Shown here piece by piece: positions 25,201-40,734 of a stretch of DNA of 64,000 nt. The stretch is taken from NCBI GenBank assembly GCA_039096225.1, contig JBBPEB010000027.1, positions 1,034,641 through 1,098,640 of the forward strand, in the 5' to 3' direction. How positions within the stretch are numbered: the first letter of the stretch is position 1; each line of letters starts with the position of its first letter. The notes under the pieces are model-generated. The model worked only from the letters and a program-made list of their open reading frames with translations, was not told the origin of the DNA and made no database searches. A program made the position numbers and the translations under genes. This DNA is from Blastocystis sp. Blastoise (taxonomy: Eukaryota > Protista > Bigyra: Opalinata).

Positions 25201-28200
25201 ATAGCTAATACACCTGTTATGTTTTTTATACAATATAGAACAAATGGTATTTCTCATAAATTAAAATTATATTGGAAATCTTCAGATATGAATGAAAAAG
25301 TCTTAATTCCTTCTTCTAATATATATAGAGAAGATTATAGTCGTTGTTTCCAAAGTGAAGTTGATTCTTTAACTTTACCTTATACATATTTAAATAATAA
25401 ATATGAAATAGATTGTCCTTCTGGATATAGTGGTAAATCGTATTATTTATGTTCTAATCCTAATGATAAACCATTTGCTTATGGTATATGGGGATCTAAA
25501 CAATCTGAAAATTGTGAAATTATTCCTATTTCTGATGTTACTTATCAAAATAATACTTTAAGATTACATCGTTATGAATCTATAAGAAATATATTATCTT
25601 ATAATGGTATAGCTACTTCTATTAATATATCTCCTTCTCTTCCTAATGGATTATTATTTAATGAGAATACTGGTATTATATCTGGTTCTATGTCTTCATT
25701 ATTAAGTTCTACTAATTATATTGTGACTGTATCTAATTCTAAGAATTCTATAGAGATTATTATTACTATTATAGTAGAAGAAACTTATTGTAGTGGTGAT
25801 AATTATCCTACTACTGCTACTGGTGAGAATGCTATTGGTTCTTGTGGTGATAATACTTTATATACAGGTATAAAATCAGCTACTTGTGGATCTATATATC
25901 CTCCTATATGGACTAATATAATAAATACTTGTATTCGTAATCAATGTAATTCTATTACAACTGATTCTATGGTATTTGAAACTACAAATACAAATAGTTA
26001 TGCTTCTATTACTTGTCCTAATAATGATGGTAGTATCATTCGTTTCTGTAATAAAGATATGACTTGGGGTGATATAGAGAATAATTGTGGTAAGATAGTA
26101 TGTATTCAAGAAGAATATGAAGGATATATATGGCCTGCTACAGAAGTAAATACAATACGTTCTATTGCTTGTGGTGAAGGACTTGAAGGGAATCGTAAAC
26201 GATCTTGTAATGTTTCTAGTAATGATAGTAATCAAGGTGAATGGTCTAATATAATTGATAGTAGTGAATGTATGATAGCTCCTGTTAATATAGATATATC
26301 TATTCCTACTTCATCTCATGTAATGAAAGAAATTCCTATTTCTTTTGATTTCTATGGTCAAAATTATCATATTGATACAAATTCTATATTATTAAGTGAA
26401 GGTTGTTCTATTCAATCAACTATTAATGATATTTCTATTTTACCTCAATATACTATTCTTATTCGTCGTTCTTCTGAATGTATAATTACATTTAATAATG
26501 GATTCCTTTTAAATATTGAAAATCAAATTCTTACTCCTCGTAGTCCTTTTTCTACTACACTTACTATTGCTTATCGTCCTATACCTGTTCTTAATGAATC
26601 TTATAATAATCATATTGGTTATGCTACTGAATTAGGTATAAATAAATATGTAGTAGATTCAAGAAATACAGAGAATGAAGCTATTCAACTTCTTACTGGT
26701 GGTCTTTCTTATGAAGATAAAGATATTAATACTCCTTATTCAATATCAACTTCTCCTTATTCTTCTATTGGTGATGAATTGTCTATTTCTTTATGGTTTA
26801 AGATAGATTCTATAGGTTCAAAGAATATTCTTACTAAAGCTGGTACTAATAGTAATAATTATTCTATTTTTATAAATGATAATAATGAATTAATTATATC
26901 TACTGGTAATGAAATGGATACTTGTGCTTATTATAATACTAATGTAATTCTTAATATAGATACTTGGACTCATATAGGTTTTACTATGAAAACTACTAGT
27001 GCTTATTCTGGTACTAAAACTATATATATTAATGGTGAATCTACTAGTTGTACTTATTCTTCTATGTATATATCTAGTCAATCTCCTGTTATTCTTGGTG
27101 AAACTGGTGGTATTACTGTTTCTGATTTCAAATTATATAAATATGTATTAACTAATAATGAAATGATTGAATTATATAATACATTTGCTATTCCTTCTAT
27201 TCGTATTACAGTTCCTTTAACTACTACTTCAAATATTATTGATATTCCTATTGAATTTAGTGAATCTGTAAAGAATATAAATATAAATAAAGTATCTATT
27301 ATGAATTCTATTGGTGGTAAAGATACTACTATGTCTTGGACATCTACTACTTTACCTTCTCCTTCTATTCATATTTCTTTCCCTATTTCTTCAGGTACTC
27401 GTACTTTAACTACAAAATTAATATTTGATACTGAATTTATTCAATCTACTACTACTGATATATATAATAAATATACTGAATATATAATTACTTATAATTC
27501 TATTGTTGAGAATCCTGAATCTGGTTCATTTAGTCCTATATTTAATCCTGAATCTTCTACTAGTATGTCTTCTAATACTCCTATTACTTTCTCTTTTGGT
27601 CAAGAAGTTCTCTTTAATGGTAATAGTGTTATTCATTATTTTGATAGTGAACATAGTGATGAATATAATGGTGATATTCTTATTTCTTCTTTAGAATCTT
27701 CTCTTACTACTTTATATATTATATTACCTGGTGGATTTGCTCTTGGACGTTCTATTCAATTCTCTATAGATAGTAATATATGTACTGCTTTAGATGGTAC
27801 TCCTTGTCCTAATGTTTCTTCTGAAAATACTTGGATATTTACTACTAATTCTCCTTTTACTGGTACTGTTGTGAAATCTATTGAAGGTAATTATAAATAT
27901 GCAGTCTTAATTAATTATCAAATAATATATAATAGACCTATTAAACATGTAGATGATACAAAGATTGAAGTCACGAATGCTGCTATATCTACGATTCACA
28001 TTATGGATAATATTTTATCATTTGCTCTTCATCCCATGTTTAACTCTGTTACTAATTCAATCGATATTACTATTTCTATTCATAATTCTGTTGCTTTGGA
28101 TTTCTCGATTCCTTCTGCTGGTTCTTCTTCTACTTATTGGGAAACATTTACTGCTTATTCCACTGTTCGCGCATATTCTTTTAAACAAAATGGTCATAGT

Positions 28201-31200
28201 GATATTAATGACAAGTCATGTTTATATATAAATAATAATGATAATTGGGTGAGTAATAATCTTGGCTCCATAACTAGTGCTTATCAATATTCTTCTACTA
28301 CTCCTTCTTGGATATGTGATAACACCGAAGATATTACAATTACTAAACCTATTATAGATACATCATTAACTATATCTTTTTGGTATAAAGTGTTGAAAGT
28401 TCAACAATCATTCACATTTATCAAGAAATCAATAGATAGTACTCATATTGACTATCAAATTGACTATGTTAATGGAGAAATCAATATATATACATATGAT
28501 CTAAGTAATGATAATTGTGTTACTGTAGATTCTCCTATGGATATAAACTGGCATAACCTTGTTATTTCTATGAAGGTCATATCAGAAACATCAGTAGATA
28601 TTTCTATTTATCTTGATGGACAGTTATCTAATTCTCAACATAATATTCAAAAGAGTTTTTCTACTATATATAATTCATTAAATATTGGTGATTATGGATC
28701 ATTTATAATGTCTAAAGTTGAGTTTATTGCTTTAGAAATGACTTCTGAATTAGTTATGAATAAATATTTATCAAATTCTAAACCTATTTTATCGATCACA
28801 TATCCTTCTATTATAAATGAATCATTTACAGCTATTATATCATCTTCAAAACCTATTACTGGACTCTCTTTACAATCAATAAACTGTATTCCTGAACGAA
28901 GTGTTATCTTAAGCTCATTCAACATTATTGATGATAGTCATTATTCTATTATTGTATCTCCACAACAATTTGGTATTATTTCTTTATATATTTATGAGAA
29001 TAGTGTTAAAGACTCAGATATGTATTCTAATGAACAATCATCACTTTATTCCTTTACTTATGGTCATGATATATACCCACAATTTAGTCTTCTTGTTTCT
29101 TCTCCTTGTACTACTCCCATTGTTCCATTTACTATTTCTATTCCTTTCATTTCTGAAACCATAAATATAAATGATATTAGTTCTTCTTATGGTACTTTAT
29201 CTAGTATTTCTGTGAATAATAATGTCTATAGCGCTACATTTAAACTGAATGATAATACAGATCGCAATCAAAATGGAATAATTATATGGAATAAAAATAT
29301 TTGTGGAGTTAATCATAATTCTCTTTGTCAATTTGAAATTCATTTTGCTAATATATTTGAATCATCTATAGCTACTATAACAGCTGCTCAAGAAGGAAAT
29401 ACAGAAACATTTTCATCAGAATATTATCAACAACATCAATTTAATTCAGGTACTTCAAATTTTGCTATTTCATTTGAAGCTAATTGTGAAAATGATATAT
29501 TACTTGGTGTACGTGAATATCCATTATCTACTTCAAGTGTATATCCAACAATTGTTATAGGAGGTTCAGGTAATAAAGTATTACAAATTAGAAAGAGTCA
29601 TGGTAGTTCACATACTAATGTTGGATCCTCAAGAACAGATTTATCATACTGTGTTCCTGGTACATACATGAAATTCTGGTGGAGAATGCAAGATCAAATT
29701 ATTACATTTGGTAAAGGAGATATGGATAACAATCCATTAATTACTCAAAACTTTGGTGAAACTCTTCCTTATACAAATATGGTTGGTATTTTCGATAATT
29801 GGGGTACAACTGTTTATTATAGAAACATACGTATCTACAGTATATCACATTCTTTTATTCCTTCTCCTTATATTTATATGGATACTTCTTCATCACCTTA
29901 TCAAACTATTGTTCAATTTACACGAAATCCTTCAACTGTTTTATCGGAAAGCTCTATTCTTAAAAATAACGTTGTTCTTCATGATTTTACTGTTGTGAAT
30001 AATAATTATTATACATTTACAGTTGAACCTATTGCTAATGATAATGATATTAATGCAGTTATTGCTCATTCTATAGAAATTCCTAATGGAGCAGTTAGTT
30101 TTACTGAAAATGAAAATACAGTTGTCAGTTCTTCAAGTACATTTGAAGTATATAGTACACATATTCAAGTTTCTTTAACTTGGAATAGCGATGAAAGTAT
30201 TCATTCTTATATTATTCCAATTACTGTTTCTGTTAATATTCCTGTTATTATTCATAAATCTATGTTTCAATTACCTAATGGTGGTGAAATCGTACAAATC
30301 TCTCAAACAGGTTATGGAGCAATTGTGTCTATTATACCTCCTTCTTCATCTCCTATCTCTGTTATTCTTGTTGAAAATGCTGTTGAAGGTTGTATATCTA
30401 AAATGATTACTATTCATAATGAAAACCCATCTAAATTACAATATTATCAGGAATTAAGTGATTATTCCTATTGGTCAGATCAATGGATATCATATACAAA
30501 TGATTATTTACGATTTACATTTGAAGCTATTTCCTATGATGGTATACGTATAGGTTTTTCATCTACTAAGGGTATGACTACAGGTATGATTGAATTATAT
30601 TTTGGATATAACAATGGATATACTAGTTCTTTAAGACAATATAATGGAAATACATGGAATGATATCAATATATTTAGTCATGATTCCATGATTGTATCTG
30701 GAAGATTAAGTTCATATTTTATTATATTTGAAAAAGGACATTTGATTGTAGGAAGTGGTAATCAATATAATCAAGATACAATAATTATTGATTATGAATA
30801 TAATTTATATTCTCCAAAATATTTTTCTTTTGCTTCTGGAAATTCATATACACTTATTCAGTCTATTAATCCATATACTATTGAAGTGAATCTTCAAGAT
30901 ATATTGATTAATATAAGTTCTCCTACATCTAATGCCTACTCATTACCAATTGTATTCACTGTTGTTTCTGATATTAATGTTCCTCTTGATTCTTGGAAGG
31001 TTTCTAATGGTTATTTAATTGAAGGAAATGAACCTAAATCATTCTATTTATATCCATTCAAATCAAGTATTTCTTCTCTCTATTTACCTGAAAAAGTTAT
31101 TGATACTGAATCTTTTCATTCTAAAGCTACACCTATATATTCTTATTCAAATGGAGGTTTCTATCAGTCTTATATACTTCCTCCTTCTATATCAGGATTA

Positions 31201-34200
31201 ACTGTAGCTCCTGCATCTAATTGGAACTTAGAAACAACAAATAATGGCAATATATTATTTACTTATATTCCTGATGGTTCTTGTCAAAGTTTAATATTAT
31301 TATTAGGAAGTACATATGATACTATTGATAATAATAATTATCGTATTAATATATGTGGCATTTCAACTATTGAATATATTTATGATTCTACTATTATGGA
31401 TAGTTCAACTGGTTCTTCTATTGATTGTTCATCTTCTATTTCCTTTACAGTAACTATAACTGATTCTTCTATCATATTACTTAATTATGATTCTTCAATA
31501 ACCTATGTATCTATAAATAGGAATATAAATATTAAAGTATTCTCATTTGCTCCAAGTGAATGTATTGACAATAATAAACTTACATCTAAAGGAAGACTTG
31601 AGAATATTATGATTCGTCCACTTTTACCTTCTGTTTGGTATGATGATATGAATACAGTAAATAACTTTATTAAAGATAGTTCAAGTGGTAATAAGAATAC
31701 ATGGACAGCAGAAGGAGGTGTAGGAAGAATTCATTATACAAGTGGATTTGAATTACCTACAGGATCTAGAACTTCTGTAGATTATTATTCACATACTATT
31801 GGTACTTCCTGGAAAGAGATTATAGTTTCTGTACGATTAAGTTCAAATAGTCGTAAAAATATAATTGCTTGTATAGGTATTGCTAAAACAAGTAATATCA
31901 ATTGGGCTGCTGATGGTGTTTGTATTCATAATGATGGTGGTACTAAATATATTCGTCATCAACGTAAAGTCAGTGGATATAGTGATACTTATGTTTCATT
32001 TACAGGAGATTTCTCACAATTCGTTGATTTACGTATTGTAAAGACTAGTGAAATATCTTATTCAACATATTATAGAGTTACTTCTACTCAAGGATCTTGG
32101 ATTAAGATAGATGATTATACTAATAATGAATATACAAATTTAGATCGTCTTGTATTCTATTCAGCTTTAAAACACGCTACTAAGTTTATCTTTATTTCTG
32201 ATGATGATTATAGTATGTATTATGATAATGTTTATATCTATCCAAAGGAATCTCATTTTGAAAATATGATGGGTTGTATGTCAACATTAGATACAATAAG
32301 TAATATATTAACAAGTAATACATTAACTTCTGATGAATGTAAGAATCATTGTTTAACTTCTCATTTCTATGGATTATATCAAGGTAACAAATGTATATGC
32401 ATTAATAATTATTTAGAATTAACTGGAGAGTTTATTGATAAGAAAAATTGTGATTCTATATGTACTGGTGATTCTTCTTATTTCTGTGGAGGTTCAAATA
32501 GTATTTCCATATATTCATCATCAGCTGAATATACGATAGTTATTCCTTTTAATGATGATAGTATATGGAAATCTGACATACCTAATAGTAATTTAGCTAG
32601 TATTAGTTATAATGATGGTATTTTAATACAGACAATTCATGGAGATACAAAGATTACTTCAAATAGTCGAAATAATGCTCCTGCTGTTTATATTCCTATT
32701 TCTAAACCTTTCATAAGTATTATGTCAGTTACATTTGAATCTATTTCACAACAATATATTGCTGGATTTGCTGTTTATAATAATCAAAATGATTATTTTG
32801 AGCATCTTTGTGCTATAGATTATTCGATATCATCTGAACCACATTTACAATATAAAGGGTATAATAAAGAAAATTCATTTATAACTATAAATAATTCATT
32901 TTTAAAGATATGGCTAAAATATTCTAGAGACTCTGAAGGTATTTTTAGTTGTCAATATAAACTTGAGAATGATAATGAATGGAGTGATATATATGATGAT
33001 ACAACAGATACAAGTTATTATGGTTATCGATTAGGTATTTTCTCATCAAGTAGTATTGATGGGAAAACAACTTCTTTTGAAGATTTTAGTATATCAACAG
33101 ATACAACTAAGCCAATTGCTATATTATCTTCAGAATTGTCTGACACAACAAATGATAGTCATCATATTATAACTGCTTCTTTTAATAAAGATATTACATT
33201 AAATAGTATGTATTCTCCTCTTTGCGATAATTGTGATATTGAACAAATATCAACACTTTCAAGTTCTTTGTATGAGATTGAAATAGTGATATTATCTCGT
33301 GGTACATTTTCTATTTATTTACCTACTGGATTTGGTCAAGATAATAATAAGAATCCATCTGAACAGTCAAAATCTATTCAAAGTCAATATATAGTTAATA
33401 ATTTTGTTTCTTGGATTATACCTTCAAATAATATATATATAAATTCTTTAAAATTCACAATAATTGTTGTTTTTAGTATTCCTATTTCTCAATTTGATGG
33501 AAACATATTAGAGATTGATAACTGTATTTATAAACAAACTTCTAAGATTGATTCAAATACCTATGAAGTTGTTTTTGAAACAAGTAAAACAGGATTAATT
33601 ATGATATCACTTCCTTCTTCAAGTGTAGTTTCTACAGATTTAGTATATAATTTACAATCTAATATAGTATTTTTCTATTTCTTAAAACAAGGTTGTGAAA
33701 GTAATACTATACATGGATATTTATGGCCTGCTTTGAATTCAGGAGAATCTTATAGTTATAATTGTGAAACTGGATATATTGGTAGTATTACTAGATATTG
33801 TTTAAGTACAGGTAAATGGAGTTCTGTAGAAGACACATGTAGTATATTAATGTGTCCAAATAATGAATACAATAACGATTATTGGCTTTCTATTCCTATT
33901 AATACTATATCTAATCATGAATGTCCTTTATATTATGATGGAACAATTTATCGTTCATGTATATATAATGAAGAAACAAATGATGCTCAATGGAATATAC
34001 CTATTAATGCCTGTAAAATGATTCCACCTTACAATATTCTTTATTCTACTTCAAATATTGTATTAAAACAATATCAAGAAATAGATCCTATATCAATAAC
34101 ATATGAAGGTATAGTAGAAACAATTGAATTACTTGATTCTATTCCTAATACAATTCATTTTAATACTACAGATGGTAGTTTTAGTGGTTTTGTGAGTGAT

Positions 34201-37200
34201 ATTCTTCCATTAACGACATATACAGTACGTTTCAGTAATAGAGACAGTTTTACAGATATACAAATAACAATTCTTGTTGAGGGATCCTATTGTACTGGTA
34301 ATGGATATGATGATACACTAGTAGCTACAAAAGGAAGAAAAGAATGTGGAGATATCCTTTATAGTGGATATATAGAACGTGAATGTTTAGCTTCATATCC
34401 TCCTGTATGGGGAACAGAAACAACTGAATGTATAAGAAATACATGTTCTACTGAGATAGATTCAGTATATGATATATTATGGGATAGAGTAGAAACTGAT
34501 AATACTGTATCAATAGATTATTATGATGGTGGTATAGATAATTGTATATTATATCGTGACTGTGAATTAGATCGTACATGGAGTTCAATACGTAAGACAT
34601 GTAATCGTATTAAATGTGAAAGTATAATAATATCCAATCCAAATGATAATAATGAAAGTAACATAGAATTACCAATAAAAGAAGTGAATGAATATTATAA
34701 TATAAGTTGTAGAGAATATTATAATGGTATAAGTTCTTATAAATGTGAGTTAAAACAATTAATAATAAATAATACTATTATAAAAGGTATAGGTGAATGG
34801 AGTGATATTGATAATAGTAAATGTATATTAGAGATTCCAAATAAATTAGAATATTCATATAAATATATAGAGATGGAAAAGAATACAATTATAGAAGAAT
34901 TGTATCCTATATATGATGGTATAATAGAATCTTATAGTATAGAGCCAGAAGATAGTTTATTATTAAGTGGTTTAGTATTTAATGATGCTAATGGTAAGAT
35001 AAGTGGAATAAGTAATACATTTGGTGATTATAATTATACGATAAAAGGAATAAATAGTTCTGGTTATGTATCAACAACTATGAGAATACGTATATATAAT
35101 AATAAATGCAGAGAAGAGAATTGGCCTGAAACAATTCCTGGTCATACTGTATCTATATCATGTGATGAATATTATTATGTAGGTACATATGATCGCGAAT
35201 GTTTATTTGAAGAAACTTCAATATTTACAGATCCAATAGATAATTGTATAAAAAAGATTCCTTACGACACTCATTATTCTAATAGTTATTATCGTTATTC
35301 TCCATCTGAAACAATCTTATTATATCCATCTTATAAAGGATTTGTAGATATAATAAGAATTAGTCCTGAATTACCTGATAGTTTAAGATTTGATAATAAA
35401 TATGGTATAATAAGAGGAACATTACCTTCGGAATATAGTAAAACAGATTATACAATAGAGTTTATCAATGAGATTGGATCTAATTCAATAATAGTAACGA
35501 TAGATATTACAAATATATCGTATGGTAATATTTGGAAATATTATGATCTTAATAACAATGATAATGAAATAGTAAATAACTGGAATCAAGAAATCATAAA
35601 TGAAGATGATTGGATAGAAATATCAAAGAACAATTGGAATAGAAAATCAAGTACTAATCATTATTATAGATCAAAAATAATAATATCTCCTAATAATAAT
35701 GTAATATTCTATATAAATATATATAGTTTAGGTAATATAGAATTATATATAAATGGCAATCTAATAAATGTAAATAAGATAAATAATAAAGTATTACAAG
35801 ATTCAAATAATCATGAAATCAATATAAATGATAATGAAATACATATTTTACGAAATAGTAGAATACTACGTAGTGGTATAAATACAATAGCTCTTCATAT
35901 ATCACTAAATGAAGAAATAATTGATCCATTATTATCTATAGAAATAAATGGATATAATAGTAATAATAATATGAATATAGGTAGTTTTAGTTCATCAAGA
36001 GATGTATATTCTGCTGACGAAGGGTTCAGTAAATTAATAGATGGTACGACAGATACAAAATGCTTATTAAAAGGTGGTTGTGCAAATAGTGATTTAATAT
36101 ATACTTATGATAATAATGAACGCTATTATTTAACCAATTATTATTTAATCTCTGGTAATGATTGTAGTAAGAGACATCCAAGTAGTTGGAGATTAGAAGG
36201 TTCAAATGATAATTTTATAAGTTATGATATATTAGATACAGTAAGTGATAATAAATTTACAAGGAAATATACAAAGAAAGAATTTACAATAGATACTCCT
36301 GGAGCTTATAATTCATATAGATTTATATTTACAGAATGTCAAGGTTATCAAGCATTTTATGGTGGTGTTTGTTCTGACTCCAATTATCTACAGTTATCTG
36401 AATTAAATATATATAGTAATAGTGAATCATTTAATTGTATGAATGATGACATAATAAATAATAATAATGATTATGGTAATAGTTATGATGGCGAAATAAG
36501 TACAAAGAATTGTGAAGATGGTTATAGTGGTTATATAGAATCTACTTGTGATAACAGTAATTATATTAATGAAATATCTCATTGTATGATTAATCCAGAA
36601 TATAAAATAAGTTATAGTGAAACAAATGTAATTACAACAAAAGGAATATATATAAGTATTTATCCTATAACAAATGAAACAATAATTCTATATGAAATAG
36701 TTGATAATAGTTTACCTGTTGGATTATTATTGAATAGTAGTGATGGAACAATTTCAGGTAATGTAGAAGAAACTGGTAAACATAGAATAATAATATCTAC
36801 AATGAATGAAATAGGTTTAATATCTTCTGTAGAAATAATAATTGATGTAATGGGTTTTTGTAAATATGATAATATTGATTATGATACAGGTGACTCTATA
36901 AGAAAAGATTGTTCTGATAATCGTTATGAAGGCTATGAAATTTATGAATGTAAATATAATGGAATAAATGAATGGGTATTTATTAGTGACACATGTATAA
37001 TGAGAGCTCCAATATTTAATTATGAAATAGATAATAATACAGTAACTTTGTATCGTAAACAATATGCATCAATTTTATCAAGATCAAATGAATACTTTAT
37101 AGAGTATTTTGAGATTAATCCTGAATTACCATCTGGATTAATATTTAATAGAACAACAGGTAATATATTTGGAAGTCCATTAATTTATAGAGAAAAAACA

Positions 37201-40200
37201 AATTATACTATTACTGCTTATAACAGTGACAATAAGAGTAGTATAATAATAAGTATAACAATTCTTAATAAGATATGTGATGCTAGTGAAGATGGTAAAT
37301 ATGAAGAAAGTGTTGCTGGTACAAAGATAGAATTATTATGTCCTGAAAATGAATTATATAATGGTATAATATCTCGTGAATGTATAGATAATGATAATAG
37401 TTATTGGAGTGAAATTATTAATACATGTACTAGAAATACATGTAATAGTATAACTGAAGATGATGTTATATGGGATATTACTCCTACAAATACAACATCA
37501 ACTAAATCATGTGATGAAGGATTAGAAGGTAGTATAACAAAGAAATGTAATTTAGATGGTACATGGTCTAATACTATTAATACATGTTCTATAAAGCAAT
37601 GTATGACTGATATTGATTCTGTTTATAATTTAGAATGGAATTCTATTGATATTAATACAAGTATGAGTATTTCCTGTTCTACTCCTTATGAAGGTGTTTA
37701 TATGAGAAAATGTAATTCAGAAGGTATATGGGAATCTGTAGAAAATCATTGTTATGTACCGAGTGTATCTTGTATTCCTTCTCAAAATATATTTAGTATA
37801 AGTAGATTAGAATCTATGCCTATATATGATATTCCTTGTTCTAAACCTATTCAATCATTTACTATTAGTCCTTTATTACCTAATGGACTTTCATTTGATA
37901 CTCATACTGCTATTATTTCTGGTTCTTCTACTACTTTACTTGATACTACTATATATACTATATCTTTATCTGAACCTTATAATGATTCATTTACTATATC
38001 CATAACTATAAATGAATTATATTGTGAAAGTGATGGTATGTGGCCTAAAACTATTGCTGGAGAAGAAAGTATTATAAATTGTAATGATCCTATGTATTAT
38101 ATAGGTAATTCTCATCGTATATGTAATAATGTATATCCTGCTACATGGGGATCTATTATAGAAGATTCATGTGAATTACGTGCTCCTTATGATGTTTCTT
38201 ATCCTCAAAATCAAATTTCTATTCCTATTAATACACCTATGACTCCACTTATTCCTACTTATAAAGGATTAAATGTTGAATTTTCTATATCTCCTTCTTT
38301 ACCTTCGAATCTTATTTTTGATATTCATACAGGTATGATAAGTGGTACTCCTACTGTTATTATTCCTTTATCATCTTATACAATTACTTTAAGAAATGAA
38401 GGTGGTAGTATAGATATAATAATATCAATAGTAAGTAGTTCTACTTATTGTAATTCTATAGAAGAGAATGGTTATATATTCCCTGATACAAGTGTAGGTG
38501 GATCAGTATCCTTAAAATGTGAAGATGGTTATTCTGGTAGTATAATTCGTAATTGTTTATCTGATAAATTATGGTCTCCTATAATAAATACATGTAAACA
38601 AATATATTGTCCTTCAAAGATAGTGAATTATCATGAATTAGAATTTAGTATACCCGAAACACCAGCTGGTCATAAATCAGGAATGCATTGTTATGAAGGT
38701 GGTATATGGTTATCCTGTTCTATAAGTGGTGAATGGGATGAAACAATAGAAAATAATTGTACTGAATGTAATTCTGGTCAATATCCTGTATATATAAATC
38801 CTGATGATGGAACAAAAGTATGTGATACTTGTCCTTCTGGTATGATATGTCCTGATGGATCTATAGAAACTATGACAGGTTGTTATGGTCAATATTGGTC
38901 TACATCTGGATCTAAGATATGTCAATTATGTATAAATGGTTATACAAATAAATTATTAAATGGAAATACAATGTGTACAGAATGTAAATCTGATGAATAT
39001 GTATATGAATCTGAATGTATAAAGAAGACTAGTTGTTCTAGTATAATAGATGAAGATGGAATATGGCCTGAAACACTTGTTGGATATAGAGCTTCTTTAT
39101 ATATTAATAATGATATTAATATAGGTTATATTACTAAAAATTGTATTTCTACTATTAATGGTCCACAATTTGAACAAACTGATTATTCTGGATTAGGTAT
39201 ATTTTTTATTATTTATTGTTTTTTTTTTATTATTATTTATTTTATTATTATTTATTTATTTTATAATATTAATATTTTCTTTTTATAGTTGATAAGAATA
39301 TTCAAGCTGGTCATTCACTTATTGATGTTAATTATATATTTAATAATCTTGCTATATATGATTATGATAGTGATGCTGAATTCCTTATTTCTCAAAGTGT
39401 AATTCGTTCTTTTGCTTATAAATTAGGATCTATTCGTGATTATGCTTATAGTTATACTTTTGAAAATGTATATATTATTTATTTAATTATTTTTTATTTA
39501 TTCAATATAACTTTATATAATTTAATAATAAAAATCTATAATATATATCTATAGGGTATATTTACTGTGACACTTCATTTCCGTTTTGAATCAAATTATA
39601 TTAGTTTAACAACATTAGAAAAATATATTCCTGTTTCTGTTAATTCTATTATTGATAATTTACATTCTACTAATCCTTATCTTTTCCATAATTATATTTA
39701 TATTTCTGTTCCCAGCATTATTGACTCTAAGTCTCTTAATGATATATGTGAATATGATGATTTATCAAGTGTATCTCTTACTGAATATCATTATGAATCT
39801 TGTCCTTCTGGTTATACGGGTATAATAAGTGAAAGATGTTTACAACGTCATTATGATTCTTATAATACTAGACGTCAACATCAATGTAAACCTATTAATC
39901 CTCCTTTTGGAAGTGATCTTACTTATATTGATATTACTTATTCTGTTTCCAATACATTTATGCAAGAATTTACTTGTGAAATCAAGATTCTTCTTAAGAG
40001 ATATATTCTTCAAACTACAAAACAACTCTATTATTCTATGGATGTTTATAATTTCCATGAATATAATAATGATAATTTAGATGTTAAGACTTCTTTTACT
40101 ATTCGTGCTTCTGTTCCTACTTCTTATACTGATACTACTGTTGATATATTATCTTCTTTAGAAGATCCACTCAAATCATTCTTTATTAAAAACAAAGGAA

Positions 40201-40286
40201 TAATCTATAGTGATACTACTATTTCTCTTGAACCTAATTCTATTCATATTGTTAATGCTAATAAACGAAGACTTCGTTCACTTTAA
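22225..40286 (+). CDS. Giant (~5960 aa) secreted mosaic adhesin/lectin-like protein, copy 1
   Basis: Exons 22225-39196, 39289-39467, 39555-40286, plus a probable 5'UTR intron 22043-22187. Signal peptide; repeated WP..G..C..G..R.C..G.W..C (HRM-like) modules; about 8 He_PIG-like LP.GL.F...TG.ISG units; LamG-like, PA14-like, WSC (~32260-32520), discoidin-like and CxxC-rich segments. Domain names come from motif recognition by eye. Confidence 0.88.
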
Positions 40287-40734
40287 TTTTTTTTTTACTT
40301 AATACATATTTATAATTATTTTTTATAATTTTATATATTTTAATTTTTTTTTTTAATATTTTATATATTTCCTTTATTTTTTATATATTTCTTTTTATAT
40401 TATTTTTATTTTTTATATTTCCTATATTTTTATTTTTTACATATTTCTTTTTATATTATTATTATTATTTATATATTTCTTTTTATATTATTTTTATATT
40501 TTATATTTCCTATATTTTTATTTTTTATATATTTCTTTTTATATTATTTTTATTTTTTATATTTCTTTTTATATTATTTTTATTTTTTATATATTTCTTT
40601 TTATATTACTTTTTGTTGTATAAATTACTATTTTTATATACACAATATATTATTATTATTATATATATTTTACCATATTATTTTTCATTTCAATAAAAAT
40701 TTGTTATTTATTAAAAGTTTCTATATATATAATA

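Noticed and set aside
24199-38925. Short antisense and alternate-frame ORFs within the giant gene
   Set aside because: Shadow ORFs of a codon-biased long CDS with no independent signals.
39197-39288. Apparent C-terminal TM helix of the 5687-aa ORF (IFFIIYCFFFII...)
   Set aside because: Read-through into a T-rich GT-AG intron. The spliced protein continues to 40286 without it.
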